Assembly (NCBI RefSeq): GCF_947568905.1
Contig: NC_079172.1
Coordinates: 60,884,001-60,948,000 of the forward strand
DNA: 64,000 bases
Direction of reading: 5' to 3'
Source of the DNA: Ostrea edulis
Lineage: Eukaryota
Shown: piece by piece, positions 1 through 64,000 of the stretch
Layout of the letters: each line of letters starts with the position of its first letter
Position numbering within the stretch: position 1 is the stretch's first letter
Notes under the pieces: model-generated
Told to the model about the DNA's origin: nothing
What the model saw: the letters and a program-made list of their open reading frames with translations, nothing else
Databases searched by the model: none
Program-made: the position numbers and the translations under genes

Positions 1-353
1 ATTTACCTGTGTGGGTGGGGGCTGTAACTTACATTTACTTGTGTGGGTGGGGGCTGTAACTTACATTTACTTGTGTGGGTGGGGGCTGTAACTTATATTT
101 ACCTGTGTGGGTGGGGTTGTAACTTACATTTACTTGTGTGGGTGGGGGCTGTAACTTACATTTACCTGTGTGGGTGGGGGCTGTAACTTACATTTACCTG
201 TGTGGGTGGGGGCTGTAACTTACATTTACCTGTGTGGGTGGGGTTGTAACTTACATTTACCTGTGTGGGTGGGATTGTAACTTATATTTACCTGTGTGGG
301 TGGGGCTGTGACATATATTTACATGTGTGGGTGGGGCTGTAACTTATATTTAC
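1..353. repeat. 32-bp minisatellite containing the exon end and donor (CACACAG|GTAAAT), about 11 copies
   Basis: Unit atttacctgtgtgggtgggggctgtaacttac; runs off the window edge. Confidence 0.95.
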
Positions 354-56739
<56,386 letters not shown>

Positions 56740-57591
56740 CTGTAAAACATTGAAGCAACCACAATACTTTAAATTAACAAGCAAATTGTTCAGTGTTTTA
56801 TCATACACACATGTACAAATGTGTGTGTTGTCGGTCTATATCTAATGAGGATCTCATCAAAACTCTTACTAACAACGTTTAACATTCATAAAATTTCTCA
56901 TTTGTAACCATGGTAACTAGAACTAATACACCCCATAGGGAAACAGTGTGATCATTGAAGAATAGATGGTTTTTAAGATATACTCTGGAAAATGACAACA
57001 TAACCCAACCCCCCCCTCCCCCCCCTACACACACACCTCCCTTAAAGTGAAAAAATATCCAAACCTTCCTTGAATATTAAAACTCTTTCACTAAAAATAG
57101 CAGGTGCATAACTTCATTATTCATATACAGGTAAACTTCGGTATCTCGAACACCACGGGTATCTCGAAGTGAGTCAACAGTCCAAGCCAGTTTTACTATA
57201 TTCATAATTTTAAGAAAAACCCGGTATCTCAAACACAGAAATTTCGAATACCTGGTTTATCTTGAAGTAGATTTACTGTCCCAATTAAGTGCTAAAAACA
57301 CATGCATTATCGCGAAGATTTATCACAATAAATACGTTACCTTTATAAATTTAGATATTCACCTGCTTGCAGTCTTGTATCGGAAAAAAACCATGTAATA
57401 AAAAAGCACCCTTTGTGACCCGCCACCTCTGACATGCTCAGAAACCAACATCCGGTATCATCTTTTCTTTTCCGCCGTTGTGGAGTGCAGTCACGTTTTT
57501 CTCGAGGAGGAAAAGAATTTTTTCTACTTGCTATTTTGGCTAAGTATTGCATGGTATTTGTTGATATTACTTTATTACATTATTAAGCATT

Positions 57592-59277
57592 ATGGCGAAT
57601 GAAGGTGAAAATGTTAAATTACCTTTTATTGCTGTAGAGGGAGTGTATTGGGACTCTGTTGACTCTAGAAGTTTTGGTCCCATGGAATCTGACCCTTTTC
57701 TTTCTTATGGGAATGTCATGGATTCTCCAGGAATTCCTTCTACCCCGGTTACTTCGGTAGGTCAAATTAGAGCTACATCTACTATTACGCGACCTCCTGG
57801 TAGTCCGGTGGCTAGTTCTCGCCCTGAGAGTTTTCCTTCGGGTAATCGTAGGGAGACGTTTTATCGGTCTAGGTGGCCAGCTAGATTTCCTCATCCCATG
57901 TATTCTGTGCCACCTTATCCCTACTCGACTCAACCTGTGTGGACAGGGCAAGGTTTTGTTAGTAAACCAAACTTAATGGAGTCCTCCAATAAGGACGAAA
58001 TTAAATGTTTGGTTTCATCTATTCAGAAACTGGAGGCTTCTATTTCTTCAAAATTTGTGACAGTGGAACGTAGACTAGATTTGATTGAAAAAAGCAAATC
58101 AGCTACGTCCCCCACTGTTCCTGGGGCTGCTCTTGTCACCCCTCGGCCCGCTTTTGATAATAAAGCGGACGAGGAGGTTGACTCATTATCTTTGGCTCCA
58201 AGTAGTCAAGAGGCATCTTTTCTGAGCGATAATTGCCTATCTCCGGTTCCTTCAGTCGATGAAGTTGGGCTTTCTCAGGAGCAACTTCCGGTAGAGAATC
58301 TCACTCTGAAAGACAAAGTGTACGCAATTCGTAGAGAATTGTCAGGTCACGATTCTTTAGTTTCTCCTCCCAGGAGTTCTCACATACCTTCTGATTTTCA
58401 GTCCTGCTCTGGTCTTGTGAGAGATTCTTCTAAGTCGTATGCTTCTTTTCCCGAGTCTAGTCATTTTAAATCTGCATTGGCTTCCATTAATTCTCATCTT
58501 GTCGACGATCAGATGTCCTCCAATAAGGCCTCTAATTTAGTTAGACAAAATCTGGCTTTTAGTACATCTTCTTTCCCTGGTAAGGTTAGAATGAAGTATT
58601 TTGATATTCATGATGTTTCCTTGGGAAAATCTCAACCTGTTTTTGATAAGACTTTTTCCAATCTTCTTGGTGCTAAGTCTTCTGAGGGGGTCAAGTTATC
58701 TCAGACTTCTTATTCTAGGTCGGAGAACAATCTTCGGGGTGTTGCCGCAGCTTTACAATATGCGGAGCATTTTCTTGCTGCTGCAGGTGCCTCTCTTAAA
58801 GATAAGGGCGAAGAATTTGATGATGTTCGTTCTTTTCTTCTCCAAGTAGATAGATGTCTTTGCACTTCTCAGCTCTTGAATCTTGGCACTATTGCCAATT
58901 TTTCTTTAGCTAGGAGACAAGAGATTCTTCAAAAATCTAACGTCTCTGAGTTTCTTAAAGACAACCTACTTTTTTCTCCTCTTCATAAAGAGCAGTTATT
59001 TGGCATCTCTTTACGCAAATTACAAGAGGAATTACACAAAGAACCTCCTACTGTTAAAGTAGATGTACAACTCAACAATGGTAGTTCTAGGCGTGTTTCT
59101 TGTTCTTCTAAATCAGACTCTTCTAGAAGTAAGTCTCAAGGTGCTACTAAATCTGGCTCTTCTCTGCAAGGTTCAAATAATCTTAAGAGAAGTAATGAGC
59201 ATCGTTCTTTCCCATCGGCTTCGGGATCTAATAATAAAAAACCCAAAGTAGCCAAGGGTAAGAAATCTCAGTTTTGA
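57592..59277 (+). CDS. DIRS ORF1, gag-like (561 aa)
   Basis: ATG start, Ser/Pro-rich ends, first-ORF position in the element; identity inferred from position. Confidence 0.8.
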   Translation: MANEGENVKLPFIAVEGVYWDSVDSRSFGPMESDPFLSYGNVMDSPGIPSTPVTSVGQIRATSTITRPPGSPVASSRPESFPSGNRRETFYRSRWPARFPHPMYSVPPYPYSTQPVWTGQGFVSKPNLMESSNKDEIKCLVSSIQKLEASISSKFVTVERRLDLIEKSKSATSPTVPGAALVTPRPAFDNKADEEVDSLSLAPSSQEASFLSDNCLSPVPSVDEVGLSQEQLPVENLTLKDKVYAIRRELSGHDSLVSPPRSSHIPSDFQSCSGLVRDSSKSYASFPESSHFKSALASINSHLVDDQMSSNKASNLVRQNLAFSTSSFPGKVRMKYFDIHDVSLGKSQPVFDKTFSNLLGAKSSEGVKLSQTSYSRSENNLRGVAAALQYAEHFLAAAGASLKDKGEEFDDVRSFLLQVDRCLCTSQLLNLGTIANFSLARRQEILQKSNVSEFLKDNLLFSPLHKEQLFGISLRKLQEELHKEPPTVKVDVQLNNGSSRRVSCSSKSDSSRSKSQGATKSGSSLQGSNNLKRSNEHRSFPSASGSNNKKPKVAKGKKSQF

Positions 59278-61387
59278 TGCCTCCCCCCCTCCTGTAGCAC
59301 AATCCACTCTTTCCGAGGAAGTAGGTGTTCCCTTTCCTCATCTTCCTGTGGGAGGACGCCTCTCTCTTTTTCTTCCTCATTGGTCCCGTCTCATTTCGGA
59401 CAAATGGGTTCTTTCTGTGCTACGGCGGGGTTTAGAGCTTCAATTTCGAGAACAGCCTCCTCTCTCTGCGGTTCCTCTGGAATTTTCTATGACCAGAGAC
59501 CCGTGGAAAAATCTGTTGTTACAAGAGGAAGTGTCTCTACTTCTCCAAAAGAATGTATTGGAAGAAGTAAGTCCACCTCTAGGTTGGGGGTTCTACTCTC
59601 GTCTCTTTCTTGTACCCAAAAAGAATGGACAAATGAGACCTGTGTTGGACCTCTCTTTTCTGAATCAGTATCTGGTGATTCCACATTTCAAAATGGAGAC
59701 CAACAGGTCGATCAGAACCTCTCTCCATACAGGGATGTGGACGTCTTCTTTAGATCTGACGGATGCTTATTTTCATGTCCCTATAGCTCCGGCTTATCGG
59801 AAGTTTCTTCGTCTGGTCTGGGAGGGCAAGGTATATGCTTTCAGGGCAATGCCTTTTGGCCTATCTACTGCTCCACTAGTGTTCACAAAATTTTTTCAAA
59901 CAGTGGTTGCGTATCTACACTCCCAGTCCATTTTCATCCATACATATCTAGACGATTCTCTGATCAAGAATTTTTCTTTCAACCTTCTTCATCAACATAC
60001 TCATCGAGTTATTCATCTTCTGTTGAAGCTGGGTTTCCTTATTTCTTGGGAAAAATCAGAGATAGTTCCCAGTCAGAGTTTCATTTTCCTAGGGGAACAA
60101 TTTCGAACAGATCTTGGGATAGTTCTTCCTCCAGAGGAGAAATTTCTCAAGCTTCAGTATCTGTTGGATCAACTACTTTCAGCCAAACAGGCTTCAGCTC
60201 GCCAGTTTCTACAACTGATAGGTTTTCTGATTTCTCTGATGGACATAGTACCTTTAGGTCGTCTTCATATTCGCCCCATTCAGTGGTATCTTCTGGAATT
60301 TTGGGTACCAGCCTCACAACAGTGGGAAGCTGTTATTCCCATTCTTCCCAGATTGTATCCTCATCTTCTGTGGTGGTCAGTGAGAGAGAATGTTATGATA
60401 GGTTGCTCGCTAGACCCCCCAGTTCCTTCTATGACCCTGTTTACAGATGCTTCTCTGACAGGCTGGGGAGCTACCCTGGAGGGCAGAGAGGCATCAGGTA
60501 TATGGTCCGGTCTCCAGTTGACAGAACACATGAATTTACTGGAGATGCGGGCTGTTCTTCTGGCATTGAAACAATTTTCCCAATTTGTTCAGGGTCAATC
60601 TCTGATGATAGCCACAGACAATACAACAGTAGTGGCTTATCTGCAGAATCAGGGCGGCACACATTCTCAGTCTCTTTACCTTCTGTGCAAAGAAATTCTG
60701 TTGTTTTGCCGTTCCCTGGGAATTCGCTTGTCAGTCAGGCATGTTCCTGGCAATCTGAATCTAGTAGCGGATGCTCTCTCAAGGTCACTGCATCCAGTGA
60801 ATACAGAATGGGAGTTACATCCAGCAGTCTTTCAGGAGATCTGTCTCAAGTGGGATCGTCCTCATATAGACCTCTTTGCTACGCATCTGAATTGCAAACT
60901 GCCAACGTTTGTGTCTCCGATTCCAGACAACAAAGCTTTAGCAGTGGATGCAATGTCTTTCGATTGGAAGGGGATGTTTTCTTACATGTTTCCTCCTTTT
61001 CGCCTCCTTCCCAAGATTTTACACAAAATCAGGGTAGAAATTTGCAAGACCATTCTTATTGCTCCAGCATGGCCAAAACAATCTTGGTTTCCAGATCTTC
61101 TTCAACTGTGTTGTGCGAGACCAATTCTGCTTCCTCTCAGGAAAGATCTTTTGTCTCAATTCAAAGGCAGGAAAGTTCATCAGAATCTTTCCAACCTCCA
61201 TCTACACGCATGGTTACTGTCAGGGAATCTCTCAGACAGGATGGCTTTTCTGACAGAGCAGCCAAACGTATCTCTAGTTCAGTCAGAAAATCTACAGGAG
61301 CAATTTATGACTCTAAGTGGAACATCTTCTGTTCTTGGTGTCGTTCAAAGGAAATTGATCCTCTCGCAGTTACTGTCCAACAGTTAG
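59252..61387 (+). CDS. DIRS ORF2: reverse transcriptase + RNase H + adenine-methyltransferase-like domain
   Basis: FYSRLFLVPKK, RPVLDL, LDLTDAYFHVPI, MPFGLSTAP, YLDD; RNase H FTDAS/EMRA/TDN/ADALSR; DLFA...FPPF...APAWPKQSWF; frame open from 59252 with no ATG before about 59489. Confidence 0.93.
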   Translation, partial: PRVRNLSFDASPPPVAQSTLSEEVGVPFPHLPVGGRLSLFLPHWSRLISDKWVLSVLRRGLELQFREQPPLSAVPLEFSMTRDPWKNLLLQEEVSLLLQKNVLEEVSPPLGWGFYSRLFLVPKKNGQMRPVLDLSFLNQYLVIPHFKMETNRSIRTSLHTGMWTSSLDLTDAYFHVPIAPAYRKFLRLVWEGKVYAFRAMPFGLSTAPLVFTKFFQTVVAYLHSQSIFIHTYLDDSLIKNFSFNLLHQHTHRVIHLLLKLGFLISWEKSEIVPSQSFIFLGEQFRTDLGIVLPPEEKFLKLQYLLDQLLSAKQASARQFLQLIGFLISLMDIVPLGRLHIRPIQWYLLEFWVPASQQWEAVIPILPRLYPHLLWWSVRENVMIGCSLDPPVPSMTLFTDASLTGWGATLEGREASGIWSGLQLTEHMNLLEMRAVLLALKQFSQFVQGQSLMIATDNTTVVAYLQNQGGTHSQSLYLLCKEILLFCRSLGIRLSVRHVPGNLNLVADALSRSLHPVNTEWELHPAVFQEICLKWDRPHIDLFATHLNCKLPTFVSPIPDNKALAVDAMSFDWKGMFSYMFPPFRLLPKILHKIRVEICKTILIAPAWPKQSWFPDLLQLCCARPILLPLRKDLLSQFKGRKVHQNLSNLHLHAWLLSGNLSDRMAFLTEQPNVSLVQSENLQEQFMTLSGTSSVLGVVQRKLILSQLLSNS

Positions 61388-62304
61388 CTGAGTTTTTAGT
61401 TTATCTGTTTGAAGACAAAGGTTTCTCTCCCTCTACTATTAAGGGCTATCGTTCAGCTTTATCCAGAACTATAGCTTTGTCAGGAGGTCCTGATTTTGGG
61501 AAGAATGAGTTCTTGTCCCTCATGGTCAAGAATTTTTGTTTGGAACGACCTAGACAACGTAGGCTGGTTCCATCCTGGAATTTAGCTTTGGTTCTTAGGA
61601 CTTTACAATTTCCTCCTTTCGAACCTTTATTTTTAGCTTCCTTTAAGTTTTTGACCTTGAAGTGCTGTTTTTTATTAGCTTTAGCTTCTGGTCGTAGAAG
61701 GAGTGAGATTCATGCTTTCTCCATTGCAGATTCTTGTCTCAGATTTTCTGCAGATAATTCTTCAGTTACTCTGTTGACAGATCCATCTTTCTTAGCCAAG
61801 AATCAGTTATCAGACAAAGGTTCTGGACCTATTGTTATTCCTGCTCTACCTAAATCATTAGGTAATCAGGATTTATGTCCAGTGCGTACACTTCAGAAAT
61901 ATATTTCTGTTTCGTCAACGCTCAGACCTACTGGTTCTACTAGACTTTTCATTCCTATTAAGAAAGGTCTAAAGGATATTTCGGCTAAGACTATTTCTAC
62001 TTGGCTTTGTCATACTGTTAAGATGGCTTACCAATCTTCATCTCCAGAAGCCTTGTCTCGTGTTCAAGTTCAGGCACATGAAATTAGAGCATTGTCTTGC
62101 TCCTGGGCTATTTTCAATTCCTCCTCTATGTCGGAAATCATGTCAGCTGGTTATTGGAGGTCTGATAGTACCTTTTATAACCATTACCTTAGATCTATGC
62201 CCCTTCATAGTGACAGTTTGTTCTCGCTTGGACCTCTAGTTTCAGCTCAAAAAGTTGTTTTTCCTCCTAGTTGCCAATCTCAGGGGGATTCAGCTCTACT
62301 TTGA
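59380..62304 (+). CDS. DIRS ORF3: tyrosine recombinase, N-terminal part overlapping ORF2
   Basis: From about 61210: integrase SAM-like core then LALASGRRRSEIHA (R), HEIR (HxxR), GYW (W) and HY (Y); true start unknown. Confidence 0.92.
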   Translation: MVPSHFGQMGSFCATAGFRASISRTASSLCGSSGIFYDQRPVEKSVVTRGSVSTSPKECIGRSKSTSRLGVLLSSLSCTQKEWTNETCVGPLFSESVSGDSTFQNGDQQVDQNLSPYRDVDVFFRSDGCLFSCPYSSGLSEVSSSGLGGQGICFQGNAFWPIYCSTSVHKIFSNSGCVSTLPVHFHPYISRRFSDQEFFFQPSSSTYSSSYSSSVEAGFPYFLGKIRDSSQSEFHFPRGTISNRSWDSSSSRGEISQASVSVGSTTFSQTGFSSPVSTTDRFSDFSDGHSTFRSSSYSPHSVVSSGILGTSLTTVGSCYSHSSQIVSSSSVVVSERECYDRLLARPPSSFYDPVYRCFSDRLGSYPGGQRGIRYMVRSPVDRTHEFTGDAGCSSGIETIFPICSGSISDDSHRQYNSSGLSAESGRHTFSVSLPSVQRNSVVLPFPGNSLVSQACSWQSESSSGCSLKVTASSEYRMGVTSSSLSGDLSQVGSSSYRPLCYASELQTANVCVSDSRQQSFSSGCNVFRLEGDVFLHVSSFSPPSQDFTQNQGRNLQDHSYCSSMAKTILVSRSSSTVLCETNSASSQERSFVSIQRQESSSESFQPPSTRMVTVRESLRQDGFSDRAAKRISSSVRKSTGAIYDSKWNIFCSWCRSKEIDPLAVTVQQLAEFLVYLFEDKGFSPSTIKGYRSALSRTIALSGGPDFGKNEFLSLMVKNFCLERPRQRRLVPSWNLALVLRTLQFPPFEPLFLASFKFLTLKCCFLLALASGRRRSEIHAFSIADSCLRFSADNSSVTLLTDPSFLAKNQLSDKGSGPIVIPALPKSLGNQDLCPVRTLQKYISVSSTLRPTGSTRLFIPIKKGLKDISAKTISTWLCHTVKMAYQSSSPEALSRVQVQAHEIRALSCSWAIFNSSSMSEIMSAGYWRSDSTFYNHYLRSMPLHSDSLFSLGPLVSAQKVVFPPSCQSQGDSALL

Positions 62305-62313
62305 ATTCTGCTT

Positions 62314-62409
62314 ATCTAAATTTATAAAGGTAACGTATTTATTGTGATAAATTCTAAATTTTTAGTATTAAAATTTGTATTTGTTAAATAAATACTTACC
62401 TTTATAAAT
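62314..62409 (+). repeat. DIRS internal complementary region (ICR)
   Basis: 39 nt reverse complement of 57318-57356 joined directly to 57 nt reverse complement of 62585-62641. Confidence 0.95.
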
Positions 62410-63489
62410 CAGAGGTCCCAACCCACCTCCCCTTCATCCCCCTTCTAATTTTTTGTTTTATGTCAAAGAATAGATGATACCGGATGTTGGTTTCTGAGCA
62501 TGTCAGAGGTGGCGGGTCACAAAGGGTGCTTTTTTATTACATGGTTTTTTTCCAATACAAGACTGCAAGCAGGTGAATATCTAAATTTATAAAGGTAAGT
62601 ATTTATTTAACAAATACAAATTTTAATACTAAAAATTTAGATCCAAGAAGTTTCTTGCTCCATTGACTTCACACCTGAAGTATAACAATCATCCCGTCAT
62701 GCTAATTTTACGGTCTGTTGGATGTTTCTGTTAGGTCTAGCACAGGCTTCATGGAACCATTGCCGATAATCACGCCTTATTAGCCCCAAGCTGTTAATTT
62801 GGGAGCTTTATCTAATTATGCAGATTGGGTGTTTGGAGGTGAGAATGAAATGCACACTAAGTCTTATAGGTATGATGACACAATAATTAAACAAACAGCT
62901 TGGGGACGAGTACTGAATTAGGAATTCAATTTTGTCATACACATGTTTACTCATGCTATGACAAGTCAAAGTAAACACTAAACACATCAAAGTGATATAG
63001 AAATCAAGAATTAATCAATAAAAGACCTTTTTTTTCACTATAAATATCAGCACCAAAATTCAAAATCTTCAGTATCTGAAAAGCAATCTACATGTAACGA
63101 AGGACCCTGTATCCAAATCGGGGGATAGTTGGATTATCTGGCAGTGGTATACAAAGGAATCTGAAAGTTCATACAATGGAAACAAAGTTCCAGGCTATAA
63201 CAGAAGTAGAAAAAGACACAGAATCCAAGGCAGCGATATTTCCCGTTTCTGTCTTCGTCATTATTACAGTGATCGGTTTATCATTTACAAAGCGTAACAC
63301 AAATCCGGGTATCAGAAATACTGAACTGAACGTGATAACTGATTATCGCTATGATAAATGACCGAAATTCATAAAATATCAGTGTTGTAGTATCAAATAA
63401 AGTAATAGATATGCAATATACATGCAAATGCATTAAAGAATTCCTAACTTTGAACTAAAACTTTTACCGCTTTTAAGAGGTGTGTTTAT

Positions 63490-63854
63490 CAGTGATGAAA
63501 CGATTGTCGCCGACAATCGATTGTCGATCGTTTTTGGCTTGTCGATTCCCATTATCGATTCCATTTTTCATAATCGATTGTCGCCCAAACACAAGCCCAT
63601 TATAAATAAATCAACTACGTATATATCATGGATGTCATGTCTAGAAAAAAACCCATTTTATTCCTCATAAATAAGCCAATAAATGTGTGTATGTTGCACA
63701 TATCAATAAAACTAAAGGAAATAACCCCAAAATAATAAACATTTATTAACTACGTGTAAATACCGATTATATCGATCATTGATCAATATATACCTAGTTC
63801 TTCCGATTTTGACCGATTACTGATTATGAATTTTATTTTGATTATTCAACACTA
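63490..63854. mobile_element. hAT-type MITE
   Basis: 8-bp TSD gtgtttat (63482-89 / 63855-62); TIR cagtgatgaa / ttcaacacta; internal cgattgtcg palindromes. Confidence 0.8.
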
Positions 63855-64000
63855 GTGTTTATTTACCTGTCAAATAAAACATAAACCAGTACACAGTATC
63901 GGTGTCAAATTCATTAACTTCGATTTCTCGAACTCTCGCATATCTCAAAGTTTTTCTTCGGTCCTAACAAGTTCGAGATATCGAAGTGTACCTGTAAGAT

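Larger units (their letters stand above)
57318..62641 (+). mobile_element. Full-length DIRS1-type tyrosine-recombinase retrotransposon (5324 bp)
   Basis: Inverted terminal repeats 57337-57463 / 62472-62598 (126/127 identical by eye); ICR 62314-62409 complementary to left terminus (57318-57356) and right extension (62585-62641); three long intact ORFs; no TSD. Confidence 0.96.

Noticed and set aside
57343-57552. Short minus-strand ORF in the DIRS left terminus
   Set aside because: Lies in the inverted repeat and leader; no coding features.
62642-64000. Search for upstream NALCN exons (S1-S3 of domain I)
   Set aside because: No matching translation found; they presumably lie beyond the window.

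Overview
Eukaryotic, AT-rich and repeat-rich genomic DNA, most likely from a bivalve mollusc (oyster-like; inferred from repeat families and gene architecture). Almost the whole window is one minus-strand gene, the sodium leak channel NALCN. I traced 36 coding exons by hand (56739 down to 354), all with compatible splice phases, from domain I S3 to the proximal C-terminus; the first and last exons lie outside the window. Two mutually exclusive domain II pore exons give an EEEE (Ca-type) or EKEE (Na-type) selectivity filter, and one intron has a GC donor. The intron upstream of the first visible exon holds an apparently intact, young 5.3-kb DIRS1-type tyrosine-recombinase retrotransposon (57318-62641, + strand). 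Introns also contain an RTE LINE relic, several MITEs, Helentron/HINE-like elements and many minisatellites. The most unusual pattern is that at least 11 exon boundaries (8 donors, 3 acceptors) are themselves tandemly amplified, creating arrays of decoy splice sites, two of them in frame. All coordinates were read by eye; repeat boundaries and copy numbers are approximate.
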